64,000 bases of DNA from the human T2T-CHM13v2.0 reference genome, Homo sapiens. Under the pieces are notes generated by a model. It searched no databases and was not told the origin of the DNA. It saw only the letters and a list, made by a program, of their open reading frames with translations. How positions within the stretch are numbered: position 1 is the stretch's first letter; every line of letters begins with the position of its first letter. Shown here piece after piece: positions 41,407 to 59,100 of the stretch. The position numbers and the translations under genes were made by a program. The stretch lies in assembly GCF_009914755.1 (NCBI RefSeq), contig NC_060926.1; one strand, written 5' to 3'.

Positions 41407-42028
41407 GACTCTCAGCTTATCTTTCCTAAATACAGAAAAATGAGGGCCTCAGCAAAAGCCTGGCTGCATCAATGCAGGTTTTCTATACAGATGCAAATTT
41501 CCCCACAAAAGAAAGCTTTGCAGGGCTGCTTCTGTTTTCAGGCCCTCTGAACAGCCATCTCAAAATATGTCAAAGAAGTTTATTTGTGGGGGATATATTT
41601 TGGTTTCCTTTCTGGTGGAAGCTCAGATCCTGGGGGAAGGTGAGCCTCCAGGCCTGCCTCCTTCTCTCCCTCTCCGCTGCCCAGAAACTCCTGGGACAGG
41701 GAGTCTGGACCCTGGTGAGAGAATCTGAGAGAGTGGGCTGGCCAGGCAGCCAGGGCAGGGCAGCCACACAGCCCTGCAGAGAGCACTGGCCGGACCTGTG
41801 GCACAGCTGGCCTCCTGCCAGGAGCTGCCCGTGTGCCAGGCACCATGGCCAATCCCTTCCCTGTCAACCCTAAATAAAGAGATTCAGAAAACAGGATGAA
41901 ATGGACAGTTAACTTGAGCACAGAGCATAAGGACAGCCACCTGGGAGCACAGACTCCAAAGAGTGGGAGTTGGTGCTCCGAAGTTCTGGGGGCTATTTGT
42001 ATAGATAAGGTTTGGGAAGCTTAACAGG

Positions 42029-42258
42029 TGATATGGTTTGGCTGTGTCCCCACCCAAATCTCATCTTGAATTGTAGTTCCCATAATTCCCAGATGTCATG
42101 GGAAGAACCCAGTGGGAGGTAACTGAATCATGGGGACAGTTTCCCCTATCCTGTTCTCATGATAGTGAGTGAGTTATCATGAGATCCTATGGTTTTATAA
42201 GAGGGTCTTCCCCCTTCACTCTGCACTTCTCTCTCCTGCCACCATGTGAAGAAGGACT
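42029..42258 (+). mobile_element. THE1 LTR, 5' portion only
   Basis: tgatatggtttggctgtgtccccacccaaatctcatcttgaattgtagttccc...catgtgaagaagga, then ends at the VNTR. Confidence 0.85.
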
Positions 42259-42279
42259 ACAGTTGTACATTCGAGGTAA

Positions 42280-43520
42280 GGAACACCGTTGGGCATTAGA
42301 GGGAGAGGAGCACCACTGTACTTTAGAGGGTGAGGTGCACCATTAGGCATTAGAGAGTGAGGAGCATGGTTGTGCATTAGAGTGTGACAAGCACCATTGT
42401 ACATTAGAGGGTGAGGAGCACCGTTGTACATTAGAAGGTGAGGAGCACCATTGTGCGTTAGAGGGTGAGGAGCACCGCTGTACATTAGAGGGTGGGGAGC
42501 ATCACTGTGCGTTAGAGGGTGAAGAGCACCGCTGTGCGTTAGAGGGTGGGGAGCACCGCTGTACGTTAGAGGGTGGGGAGCACCGCTGTGCGTTAGAGGG
42601 TGAAGAGCACCGCTGTGCGTTAGAGGGTGGGGAGCACCGCTGTGCGTTAGAGGGTGGGGAGCAGGGCTGTGCGTTAGAGGGTGGGGAGCACCGCTGTGTG
42701 TTAGTGGGTGGGGAGCACCACTGTGCGTTAGAGGGTGGGGAGCACTGCTGTGCATTAGAGGGTGAAGAGCACTGTTGTGTTAGAGAGTGGAGAGCACTGC
42801 TGTGTGTTAGAGGGTGAGGAGCACTGCTGTGCATTAGAGGGTGGGGAGCACTGCTGTGTGTTAGAGAGTGGGGAGCACTGTTGTGTTAGAGGGTGGGGAG
42901 CATCACTGTACATTAGAGGGTGGGGAGCACCGATGTGTGTTAGAGGGTGGGGAGCACCGCTGTGTGTTAGTGGGTGGGGAGCACCGCTGTGCGTTAGAGG
43001 GTGGGGAGCACTGCTGTGTGTTAGAGGGTGGGGAGCACTGTTGTGTTAGAGAGTGGAGACCACTGCTGTGTGTTAGAGGGTGGGGAGCACCGCTGTACAT
43101 TAGAGGGTGGGGAGCACTGCTGTGTGTTAGAGGGTGGGGAGCACCGCTGTACATTAGAGGGTGGGGAGCACTGCTGTGTGTTAGAGGGTGGGGAGCACTG
43201 TTGTGTTAGAGGGTGGAGAGCACTGCTGTGTGTTAGAGGGTGAGGAGCACTGCTGTGCGTTAGAGGGTGGGGAGCACCACTGTACATTAGAGGGTGGGGA
43301 GCACTGCTGTGTGTTAGAGAGTGGGGAGCACTGTTGTGTTAGAGGGTGGGGAGCACCGCTGTACATTAGAGGGTGGGGAGCACTGCTGTGTTAGAGGATG
43401 CGGAGCACTACGGTACATTAGAGGGTGGGGAGCACTGCTGTGTTTTAGAGGGTGGGGAGCACTGTTGTGTTAGAGGGTGGAGAGCACCGCTGTACATTAG
43501 AGGCTGAGAGCACTATTGAA
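42280..43520. repeat. 27-bp minisatellite (GAGCACCGCTGTGCGTTAGAGGGTGGG), about 45 units
   Basis: Directly visible; 25-bp variants present; degenerate at both ends. Confidence 0.96.
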
Positions 43521-43530
43521 GTTTAAAGGG

Positions 43531-43906
43531 TGTATTAGTCATTCTCACCTGCTCTTAAGGAATACCCAAGACTGGATAATTTACAAAGGAAAGAGGTTTA
43601 ATTGACTCACAGTTCTGCATGTGGGGAGGCCTCAGGAAACTTACAATCACGGCAGAAGGAGAAGTAAACTCGTCCTTCTTCACTAGGCGGCAGGAGACAG
43701 AAGAGTGAGGAACAAAGGGGGACGAGCCCCTTATAAAACCATCAGATCTCGTGAGAACTCACTCACTATCATGAGAACAGCATGGGGAAACTGCCCTCAT
43801 GATCCAATCACCTCCCACCAGGTCTCTCCCTATATATATAAAACGGGGATTAAGGGGATTACAATTCCAGATGGGATTTGGGCGGGGACACAACCAAGTC
43901 ACATCA
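43531..43906 (-). mobile_element. THE1 solo LTR
   Basis: tgtattagtc...aagaggtttaattgactcacagttc...gggacacaaccaagtcacatca; near-TSD aaggg/gaggg. Confidence 0.88.
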
Positions 43907-44742
43907 GAGGGTGAGGAGCACCGCTGACACTAAAGCTTGAGTCCTGGGCCCCACAGCATGTGATACTGGGACTTGTTTACATCTCAATTCTTTAAAAAGA
44001 TGTCTTTTAGATGACTGGGCAAACATGTCTATGGCCAGGCTCCCAGGTGATAGAAAGGAATTGTTATTGGCTTTTTTAAGTGTGACAATGGCATTGAGGC
44101 TGTGTGAAAAAGGTCCATCTTTTTAGGTGTGCACTGGAAGATCTGGGTGGAAGAACACACTGTCGGGGTTTGCTTTAAATCTTCAGCAAAATTAAACAAG
44201 TAATACGGAGGGGGTCCTGAGAAAAGAAGCTGGACAGCAGGACGCTGCCGGCTGTTGAGGCCGGTGCTGGCGCCAACAGTTTCACTGTCCTCATGTCTGT
44301 GCCATTGGAGAACGTCCTCATTACTTAGAAGATATTTTAAAATGGGACAGCTGTGACGTGTGCTTCAGTGGGAGGCTCCCTCCTCCCTCACAAGGAGGTT
44401 TGGCTTCCTTCCCCATAGAAGATTCTCCCCATTACCCCAGGGCTAAGCTGAGGGAGGAACAAGAGGGCTCACCCCACAGACCTTACAGAGCTGTCCTGAG
44501 AAGAAGTGGAGGCTGGGCCAGGGATGGGGTTTGCCCAAGGACACACTGCAGGTTGAGGGCAGAGCCAGGCACTGAGCTTGTCGAGAAGGCCGAGAAGCAG
44601 CCCCGAAGTTCAGGGCCCATGGCTACGCCAAGTGCCATCAGGAACCGGGCTGTGGAAGCCCCTAAGGACGGCCAGAAGGACCAATCTAGGGGCCTTCATA
44701 GCAGCTCACTCACCACGGGGAAGAGACAGTGCAGGGGCAGGA

Positions 44743-44918
44743 GCAGTGAAGGGCGGTGGGCGCTGCCCAGGGCAGGCCCAGCCAGGGCAGTGAAGGGCGG
44801 TGGGCGCTGCCCAGGGCAGGCCCAGCCAGGGCAGTGAAGGGCGGTGGGCGCTGCCCAGGGCAGGCCCAGCCAGGGCAGTGAAGGGCGGTGGGCGCTGCCC
44901 AGGGCAGGCCCAGCCAGG
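44743..44918. repeat. 44-bp perfect tandem repeat x4
   Basis: GCAGTGAAGGGCGGTGGGCGCTGCCCAGGGCAGGCCCAGCCAGG starting at 44743, 44787, 44831 and 44875. Confidence 0.95.
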
Positions 44919-46269
44919 GAGGGTAGTCAGGCTGGTCTAGGGGCCAGAGCCCTGCGTGAGAAAGCCCCACCCACTGCTTGTTGATGACGAATGGTGGCAG
45001 ATGGGGGTCAGAGGGCACTGGGAGCACCAAGGCTGGACGGGGAGATGAAGACAGGATGGCTGGGCTACAGAAGGCAAGAGGCACATGAACCCCACAGACA
45101 TTTCCACTGGAACCCCCGTCAGAGCCACCTGGGTACCCTCTGAGTCATTCAAGTGGAAAAACAAATCCACAAACAAGTCCCTCCCTGCTTAAACCTGACC
45201 GACTGCCTCCTGACCATCCTCTGGTCACGCCTGAACTCTGGGCCCCCTGCTGCCGTCCCCCATTGCTGCCGTCCCCCACTGCATCCACCCCATGTGCAGG
45301 CTGCTCCCACCCCAGAAGCCTCGAAGGCCAGGGACCCGTGGGGTCCCTCCGTGACTCGGTACCCTTCCCCTCGCTGTCCCCTGAGTTTCCTTCAAATCAG
45401 GAAGCCTCCACCAGCCCTGGCCCGCTGGCTGGGTCCCTCCCCGAGAGCCAGGTCACCTGTCACTGTCTCTCACCATCCTCAGCCCCATGGACTGTGCTGC
45501 AGGTGGCCACTGTCACGTCACCCAGGCCAAGCACACCCGTCAGGATTCCCAAGGCAGGTCGGTGTCCAGCCGCTTCCCTGAGGCTGCAGGCCCAGGCGGG
45601 CTGCGGAGTCTGTGCCTACATACCGCGGGCCGAGCTTGCTCCAGGCAGGGACGGCGCGGGAGGCACAGGTCCTCTTTGGGCCTTTCTGCAGGTCCTCCTG
45701 CCCCACATGGACATGCCAGCTGTCACTTGCACCATCAGGAAGAACAAGAATCCTGTGTGCCCTGTGGTGGGGCCACAGTCGGCCGCTAGGTGTCACTGTT
45801 TCCTCAGAGACCAGCACATTGTCCCTATGCTTTCTCTCTGCAGTCCCTGGCTGGCAGCTCCTTGGGCAGGGTGGTGACCTCTGACCCCAGACCCGTCCCC
45901 CCTGAGCTGGTCCTGGCTCCACCGGGAGCTCCGTCCCCTGGGCTTCCTGCTGATATGTAAGTCAAGCCTGAGCTGCCGCGTTGGGGCCACTGATCTGGGC
46001 AGAGCCTCATGGGGTCTCCCAGGGGCTCAGACGTTGGCCAGGACCCCACAGGGAGGATGCTCAGGTCAAAAAGATGCCCGCACTCCGGGCGCTGCCCAGA
46101 GCTCTTAACTCTCATGCTGAGAACAGCTTTGTGTGCTGAGTGTTTCGCACACCCGCAGGCCCCGCACGTTCTGCCTGCTGTTCCCTGTAATCCTGACCTC
46201 GCCTGGGAGTGGCAGGGCCACCCACTTCGGGAGCGGTGGAGATTGGACTATTTAGAGCACACACGCTGG

Positions 46270-46555
46270 GGAACCAGGGGAAGAGTTGTGAAGGGGTTAA
46301 GCAAAAGAAGCCTTTCTCCTGGGCTTGTAGATGGCCGTCTTCTCCCTGTGTTTCCACATGGCTGCCCCCCATGTCTGTGTCCTAATCCCCTCTACTTATT
46401 AAGACACAGTGGGGTTGGATTAGGGTCCATCCTAACAGCCTTATTTAACCTTAATTAGCTCTTTAAAGACCTTATCTCCAAATATGGTCACATCCTGAGG
46501 GACTGGAGGCAAGGACTTCAACACATACATTTTGGATGGCACAATTTAGTTCAAA
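46270..46555 (-). mobile_element. MLT1-type MaLR LTR fragment
   Basis: cttgtagatggccgtcttctccctgtg...ggattagggtcca...ttatctccaaatatggtcacat. Confidence 0.7.
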
Positions 46556-48088
46556 ACACCTCCCAGCCCCAGCTGGCACTGCCTTCCCGAGCAGACCCTC
46601 CAGGCTCTCTGCTGTGATCTGCCATTGCTGTAGGTAGAGTCCATCCTCCCATGATTCCGCGGGGCTCTCAGCATAAACCCAAATCCTTCCTGTGGCCCCA
46701 CACACCCTTTGGCCACCCTGCAACCTCCCCCTGGCCACACTGTCCTTCCTCTGATCCTGGCTGCACCCTCCCCTCCTACCGGGGGTCTTGCGGGTGCTGT
46801 CCAGCAGGCCTTGCTGCTCTGGGCCCCATCTTCATGCCCAGATTAACCATTCTCCCCAGGCAGATCTTGGCTCAGATGTGGCTTCCGCCAGAAAGTCTTC
46901 CTTTCCCTCCTGCTCACTCCCTGCCGCGGCCGCCTCTCCTCTGAGGTCTTACCATGCGGTTGCCCAGGTCCCCACTTCTGGGCCAGCACATTGGAGCAGT
47001 GAGCCTGTGCATTTTCTCACTGTTTTATTCATGATCATTTATTCTCTTATGATTAATCCAGAGAAGATTATCAATAAATGATGGTGAATAAACAAAAACA
47101 TGAATTAATGAATCAAAACCTCAGAACTTGCCCAGGATGGGAAAACAAGGTTGTCAGCATTGAGGACAGTAGCTGTGGCTCTAACCAAGAATCAACCGTG
47201 TGGAGGGAAACCACACCACTGCCTGAGGTGGAAACAGGTGGCTGTGCAGGTTTGCCAGGGCTCCAGGCTGACAGTTCTCCAGGAGGGCTTGCTGATCTTT
47301 GATTTTTTTACAAGGAAAGGACACACACACAGTCAGCACAGGGCAGGGCACGGGGCAGAGCATGGAGGAAACCAGCGCGAGCTTCTAGCGTCCTCTCCAG
47401 CTGCAGCCCGCGGGACGCATGCCATTCCCCAGCACCACGTTTTGGTGACGCGTGTGACATGTCCCAACCATGGAAGCCCTTCAGTGCCTCAGAGCCTCAG
47501 TGCCAGGGCTGTTCTGGGGCTGGTCATGCTGCACCCTCTGCCCGGCATGCCTGCAGATCCCAGATCCCTGGGAGGAAAGCAGGTGCCCAGCAGAGCCGCT
47601 TGTCTGCACAGACAGCTTAGGTGCAGTGGCCTCTCTGATCTGCCAGGGTGGTGAGGACCCCCGAGATCCAGTGCCGAGGGAGCACCCTGGCCTGCTTGTC
47701 ACCCTTCCCTACACGAGAGTGATAAACCGCTTTCCTGGCATCCAGCAGATCCAAAGAAAGGAGATTCACCCTGGAAATGCCTTGGTAAAACGTTCAATTT
47801 AAGCTGTGGCCAAGTCACTCCGATGCATACGGGTAGCGACGCTGCCTCTTTAAGTGCTGTCAGATGACTTCAGTTGTTTCTTTCAAAAGTTCTGTGGGAT
47901 GGTAGATCACACAGTGCACAGCACCAGTCTGTCCTTTCTTTTACCTTCCACTGGGGCCCAAGATTGTTCTGGTGTTTACTCCATTCAAATATCAGTGTAT
48001 ATTGAATGATTTCAGTTATACGGACAAAAACGTGGCAAAATAAACATGAGAAAGTGACACACACCCCCACCGTTGTAAAAGTGGGCTT

Positions 48089-48392
<304 letters not shown>

Positions 48393-48628
48393 CTAAATAG
48401 AGGGTATAAAGGCATTTAATTTTTAAAACAATGTATTTTGATGTTTTAAAAGTGTTTACAATGAGCACACAATACTTTTATTGTAAAAAAAATCAATTTA
48501 AAAAGTGCATCTCAAGTAGGCATCAGATTGATTTTCCTGAGAAAATCCTTGAGAAGGGCAAGGCCACCAGCTTCTCATCAGCACTGGGGCTGAGCTGATT
48601 CGTGGCTGTAGTTTCCCAAGTGTCCTCT

Positions 48629-49710
48629 TGTTACCAAAACACCAGGAGTCTGGTATCAGTCCTGCTGCTTGCCACACAGAAAGCCAATAAGAAGGCTTTA
48701 ATGGGGAGCTGCAGCCAAGAAGGTGGGAGATGCATCTCAAATCCATCGCCCTGATCAACTAAAATTAGAGGTTTACAGAGCAGAAATGTAACTATATGCA
48801 GGAAAACAGGAACTAGGGAGAGTGAGGAAGAGGAGTTGGTCAGGAGGAAGCAGGTGGCCGGACAGGCAGCCATGACGGGGGAAGGGTCTGGCATCCCTTT
48901 GTCTAGATGCCACGATCTGGTGAGTCTCCATTCCTTCAGACTATCTGGGAGGACTGAGGGCCAATTTCCTGAGAAAGGAACTCAGATAAGACAGATGTAG
49001 CTTTCTCAAGTTTTAAGACTGGGAGGGCCAATTTCTGTGTTTATTCAAAAGAAACCATCGACATCCGTTCTATGGGACAATTGGGCAGGTTTCACTGTGG
49101 CACGTTATGCCCAATGATGCTCATAAAATCCCTGAGATGCAGGCCAGGGTGGGCGTGGACATCCCCCCTCCACAGGGCAGAATTCCAGGTGGAGAGGCTC
49201 GTGAGTGGGTGCGGGCTATGCACAAAGGAGAACCCAGCTCGCTCAGACCCCCTTCTCCTCAATGGCATCCATGCCAGCCTCTGTGGAACACCAGTCACTA
49301 TGATGCAGGGGAGATTCTTTGCTTTGCTCAGGAAAGAATTCAAGAGCCAGCAGGTAGTGGAAGGAAGCAGCTTCGGGGAGGCAGTGGCAGTGCTGCAGGC
49401 TTACCCATAAGCAGTGAGCCACATGTGGGGGTGATTGGCAGCCATATTTATACCCACTTTTAGTGACATGCAAATGAAGGGGCAGGTTATTCAGAAATTG
49501 CTAGAAAATGGGCGGTAACTTCCAGTTGTTGCCACGGAAATGGGCCATGACTTCCGTGCATTGCCGTGCCATTGTAAACTGTCCTGGTGTTGGTGGGGGG
49601 TGTTTTGGCTGATGGGCAGTGAGGGTGGCCAGAGGATGTCCTCCATGCTGCTTGCTGCTTTTGGCCTGTCTTCAGTCCAGTCCGGAGTATGACTCCTGCT
49701 GGCCTCCTAC
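48629..49710 (-). mobile_element. ERV1-class LTR fragments (two pieces, ~48629-49090 and ~49300-49710)
   Basis: tgttaccaaaacaccagg...; atttatacccactttt...gcaggttattcagaaa...ggtaacttcc are LTR-like; family not resolved. Confidence 0.5.
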
Positions 49711-50154
49711 CTCATCTGGGCTAGGGCCCACCCTCATCCAGTATGCCCTTAACCTGATCACGTTGGCAAAGACCCTAGTACAAGGTCAGTTTCACAGAGG
49801 TTAGTTCTAGGACACACATATTCTGGGAGCTGCAATGCACCCCGCACCCACTGATCACCGCTGAGATGTGTGGAGGGTGCTGTTTCCCCAGCAGAACTCC
49901 CCAGTATCCAGAATGCTGGCCTCATGAAGGCAGGGCAGGGGCGGCAGATGGGGCCAGCCCCAGCAGAGTCTGAGGCCACACCTGCCCGGGCATCTTCTTC
50001 ATCATCTGTTCTACTTTCCGGTTCAGATTCTACAGTCACTTGGGAGAAGAGGGTGATGGGCTGTCCTGGAATTGGGGTGCTGGGGCCCTCCAGTTTGGTG
50101 GGGGACAGGTCGGGGGCCCAGGAGCAAAGCCCAGAAACTGCGGCAATGGGCAGC

Positions 50155-50250
50155 TGCCCTCTCCCCACAGGTCACAGTCGCCCTCTCCCCACAAGTCACT
50201 GTTGCCCTCTCCCCACAAGTCACTGTTGCCCTCTCCCCACAAGTCACCGT
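50155..50250. repeat. 24-bp tandem repeat, about 4 copies (TGCCCTCTCCCCACAAGTCACTGT)
   Basis: Directly visible. Confidence 0.9.
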
Positions 50251-52506
50251 GGGCCTCGCTGCCCCAGTGCGTGTCCCTGCTGTGCAGATGAGGACGTGGG
50301 GTCCCAGTGGGACAAGCAGCTGCCAGGGCCACACAGTTGAGGTGGCCCTACCTGTCCTGCCCCCTGCAGCCACCTCCAGAAAGGGGGCCAGGCCTGTCCT
50401 GTCCAACCCCACACGGGGTCTCTGCTCACATCTCTGTGGCATGGGCTTGGGAAGGTCTTCAGGGGCCAAGGCTTCCTCTCCTCTAGGAACCCAGAGTGAA
50501 CGCCAGGAAGGCAGTGCTGGATTCTATACCCACCTCTTGCCCCCACCCCACCCACCAATGCCAAGAACTTGCCACAGCCAGAGGCGCCTGGGGAAAGGAG
50601 CCCTGGAGGCTGCCTGGAAATCCCTGATGTCGTGGCTCCTGAGTCCTCCAGCATTTAGGAGGCTGTGCCGACTCCCAGGGAGGTGCTCCACATACCCCCC
50701 ACTCCTGTCGGGGAGGACCCTCGGGCTGGCCGGGGTCGCATGGGGAGGGGAGAGTGCGTCAGGGCGGCCTTGGCCCAGGTGGGAGAGGCGGAGCCGGAAT
50801 TTTCCACCACAACCCTCGTTACTGTGATGACCTGTGGCCCCTGACCTCTGCCCTGTCACCCCAGGGGAGAACTTGCCTCCACTTCACAGATAAGAGGTCC
50901 AGGGACAGCCCTGCCTCCACCTGGCTGGACTCCTGGCTTTGCACGGGCAGGCTGTCCACACAGGACTTGGTTTTACACCCAGTCCTGGGCATAGGTACCT
51001 GTGCCGAGCAGGGATGCAGCAGCAGGCTCAGCATGGGAGGGGTTGTTCCAGGGATGGGGTCACAGCATAGGCATGGGTGGCAGCCCTCGTGGCACACCAG
51101 ACCTGGGTACAGCACCCAAACAGGTACCCCAGGACACAGCACCAGAACAGGTACCCCAGGACACGGCTTATCATCAGGAGCCACTGGGTGGCATCCGTTC
51201 TGCAGGACCCTCACCTGCCAGAACCAACTCCTGCCATTCAGGCCGTGACCTGGAGGGGGCAACTTGTGCCGGACACCCTCAAGGCACCACTGCATTACAC
51301 ATGCACAGGCCCCACGGCCCAGGGGTCCCGCCCTCCAGTTAAGGCAGTGGGTTTTACACCAATCCTCCCCTTTTTGGGACCCAGCTGCTGCCTGTTGAAG
51401 GACAAATGCCCTGATGGCCACCTGCAGCCTGGATGTCCCAATAGGCTGGTTTAGCCGGGGTTCAATTAAAATGGTGCATGGTGGGGACGTGTGACTGGCA
51501 GACCGCACAGCATCTCCCTACAGCACCTAAGGGCGACAGGCTCGCCTGCCTTAGTGAGACAGGCACCAGACCCAAAGAAATTGTTTGCATTATTTTATAT
51601 CAGTTATAACAAAACAAGTTAAACTTTTAAAAGATACTCAGTTCCTGGCCTTGTGTGTCAGGTAGCAGGCCGGCTGGTTCCGCTGGTGACTTCATCTGGG
51701 GAACTAAGACAACCCCAGGTCAGTCCTGCCCAGGAGGGCAAGGCAGGCCAGTCCCGGGTCCTGACCCGGACTTCACGCCCCATCCTGCCAGCCCAGGCCC
51801 ACCCCAGGGCCCAGAAAGGCAGCTGAGCTGAGCAGGTGGTGCCCTCAGCTCCCGTTTCACAGCTGCGAGAGGCCACTCCCAGGGCGCTGCTGCTGCTGGC
51901 CTTGGCTGGAACGGCCTGGCCACGTGGCCAGGTGGCCCTTATCCCCTGGACTCCTGGGTGACAAAGGTCAGTTGCCTGCCCTGCAGCTTGCTGTGGTTCG
52001 TAGCTCCGAAGCTCCCAATAAGCTCTCGGCCTGAGGAAACACCCTCCCTTGGTGGTTGCAACAGCTTCTCCTGGTTACCTTGACAAAGGATGAGCAAACA
52101 ACACCTTCCATTCTGGAACAAAGCACACACACCTCCTTGGCTTTCCAAGGGCTGCCCACCCACCCTCCGGGACCAGTCAGCCAACTCTGTGTCCAGATCT
52201 TCTATGCCCTCGCACATGCCATGCCAGGCACACAGAGCTGCATAAAGGGGGTCCCGCCCCAGGGAGGACAGGCAGTCAACAGATGATGCAACAGATGGGG
52301 TGAGTGGCCTGGTGGCAGCTGAGGACATTGGACAATTGGGATGACTCCCTGGGGAGTGAGGGGGAGCTGAGTAAAGACAGGAGCAAGCACTGCTGGCAGA
52401 GAGGCCAGCATATGCCAAGGCACAGGCGCATGGGTTTGACTGGAGCAGAGGGGAGTGTGCTTGGGGGTGGGCAGGAGGCAGAGCTGGGAAGGCCCCGTGA
52501 GCTGGC

Positions 52507-52983
52507 TGAGGACAGCTAAGACCACCTGGTGACCATCAGGCAGGCCATCCATGGCAAAGCTCCATATTTGAGGAATTTGGAAGTAATTAAACTTCCCCAT
52601 CATCTAAAGTTGGCACCTGGTTCCAGGCCTCCTTTCAACCTAACATTTATAAGTAACTAGAATTTCTAGACATCTCCAGAATGCGTGGCTGATGAAAATC
52701 AATGTGCACCCCCTGCCATCACTAAGGCACCAGAATGTCTACAAATGTAGCATTTGTTGTGCAAATCACCCTTCAGCTCCCGCCGTGGGGTCCAGAAATG
52801 CTCCTAAGGAAAATCCCTGGTGGTGCCGAGTCCTCCGGCAGAGGCACCCACTGCACTTCTCTGCAGCGTTCTTTCTTCCTAATAAAACTTTCCTCTTCCA
52901 AACCCATACTGTCATTGGTAAGTTCTTACCAGCCCTCGAGTCGGCCCCTTCCCGAGGCTGGGGCTCCAACACCTCGCCAGGCA
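52507..52983 (+). mobile_element. 5' LTR of the provirus
   Basis: TG...CA termini, AATAAA at ~52881, degenerate PBS-like sequence after it. Confidence 0.8.
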
Positions 52984-53636
52984 CCTCGGTTGTGCGTACA
53001 GGACTTTACTGGGATTTCTCCCTTCTTTTCCCTCCCTGCTTCCCTTGATGGTCTGGTTCTTTACTCGGAAACTGAGGGCTCTGTCCAAGACCACTCTTCA
53101 GTGGGATCCTGAAGCCCTAGAGAAGAGATATCTTTCCATCACTGCCCTTAGGGGTGAGGAATTAGCCAGGGTTCTTTTCCGTTTTTGAACTGCCAGGGAA
53201 CCAGCTTGAGTACTCTTTGGCAATTGAAGGTTTCTGGCCAAGGGCACTACCTGGTGTTACCCGAAGGCCAAGACAAAAGAGGGAATTTACTATTGCCCTT
53301 TGGGGTGGCAAGTCCACTTTCACTTGATGCCCTGTAAACCATGCCTTGGAAATGAGCAGCAGTGATCCCCACTCTGCGCAGACACATTCCACTGGTTGCG
53401 GACCCACATTTGGATTCCACTTCAAGTGGGAACCGCATCCCAAGTTATGGGTGAGTTCTCCTTCACCTTAGGTCTGAGCTGACCGCTCAAACACGGGCAC
53501 ACCTGGAGTGGTCGTCCAGGCAAGGGCAGGCCCTCCATTTGTGGTAGACGCCCCCGAATAGAGTGAGCCGAAGAGGTGAGGTCCAAGTCCCTCAGGGACA
53601 CCTCGGGGATCTTGTAGTACCTGATCTGAACCCAAC

Positions 53637-55290
53637 ATGGGTCCATTTCATTCTTCAATTCCATCTGACTCGCCCTTGGATGGCATTCTTCAAAACTGGT
53701 CTCATTTTGACCCACAAACTTTTAAAAAGAAGCATATGGTTTTCTTTTGTAATATATCTGGGGTTCAATATATGCTCCCCAATAATTTATATTGGCCTCT
53801 GAATGGGACCCTGGATTGGAATATTATTTTACAGCTAGACTCATTTTGCTGGAACCTCAGAAAGGATGCAGAGGTCCCATGTGTTCAAGTCTTTTTGGCT
53901 TTATCCCAAAACCCAAAATTACACAAAAATTGTCACATATGCTTCTAAGGAACTTCCTCCCTCCCTGATTCTGATGTCTTAGATGACCCTTCCTTTTGCC
54001 CATCACACTCTCTGCAGCCTGCTCCCACTTCACCTGCCCCCTTTCAGTCTGCTCCATCCCCCAATCAATCTCCCGCCCCCATACCCAGATACTCTATCCC
54101 CCTCACATACTCACACAGGAGTCACATATGCCACTAGCAAAGAGTCCTCAGAAGATCCCACAAGGGTTTTACCTCTCCACAAGGTGGCAAATGGAGATTT
54201 GGGAACAATTCAAGTTCATGTCCCTTTTCCAATGTCTGATCTTTCTCGAATCCACACTGGGTTCATTTAGCCAGGATCCCACTAAGTTCATTCAAGAATT
54301 TCGAGCTTTAATTCTTGCCTTTGATTTGACCTGGGAAGACACATTCGTGTATTAACTACTTGTTCCCATGAAGAAAAATCAAGCCTATGGTCTTTAGCTC
54401 AAGCTGGGGCACATAAAGCTCATGCTCATAATCCTAATGATAATAGAGCCGGGAAAAATCTGTCTCCAAAACAGAACCCACTGGCAATACCAGGCTGCCA
54501 ATGTGGCCCAGACAGAGGCAGGGGCAGATGAGATTATAACTTACTTGTTGGAAGGAATGAAAAAGCTCTAATAAACCCCGTTAATTTTTCTAAATTACGA
54601 GAAATCACTCAGGAGCCATCTGAGAACCGCTGCCCTTTTCCAAGCTAGACTGGTGTAGGCCATGCATAAATATACCAATTTAGACCCCGGAACCCCTGAG
54701 GGCCAATCCTTTCTGGCCACACGTTTTATGTCAGCCTTCCCTAAGACATCAGACAAAAACTCCAAAATTAGAGCAAGGCCCACAAACTCCCTTTCCTACT
54801 TTACTAAATGCAGCCTTTAAGGTTTTCAGTAACCAGGAGGAAACATTAAAAATAAGAAAGGCTCAGTTGGAGGAGGAAAAATGGTGTGGTCAAGCTACTC
54901 ACATGGCGACAGCATTGGCACATTCTTTTCATTTGCTATTAACCCCAAGGCTTGTCCCTATAACACTAACAGAACAGGGGCCTGTAATTATTTCAAGAAT
55001 CCAGGACACTAGAGTATAGAATATCCCAAACCTCTGGGTTATAAGCTGCCCCCGGGACCCTGTCCTCATTGCAAACAAGAGGGTCATTGGAAGAGTGCCT
55101 TTTCCTTCTCTCCCCCATGACAGGGCATGGGGCACCTCTTCCTTCTGTGCCATCACAGCCACAACCTTGCCAACCTACCCAACAAGGGGGTCCTGCAGAA
55201 CAAGGACAAGGATGAGGGCAAGGACGGGCACCTCTCACTCTCTCCCTGGGTGATGACCAAGCCTCTGAAAGTCATTCTCCAGATGACTGA
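53637..55290 (+). pseudogene. ERV gag relic
   Basis: SIPSDSPLDGILQNWSHFDP...WPLNGTLDWNIILQLDSFC (MA), GSFSQDPTKFIQEF...FDLTW (CA), PGPCPHCKQEGHW (NC knuckle); multiple stops and frameshifts. Confidence 0.88.
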
Positions 55291-55329
55291 CAGGGCCGTG
55301 TGCCCCTAACTTCTCTATCTCTATGGAGG

Positions 55330-59100
<3,771 letters not shown>

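Noticed and set aside
37519-43520. Repeat arrays superficially resembling CRISPR
   Set aside because: Head-to-tail units without unique spacers, primate genomic context, no cas genes.
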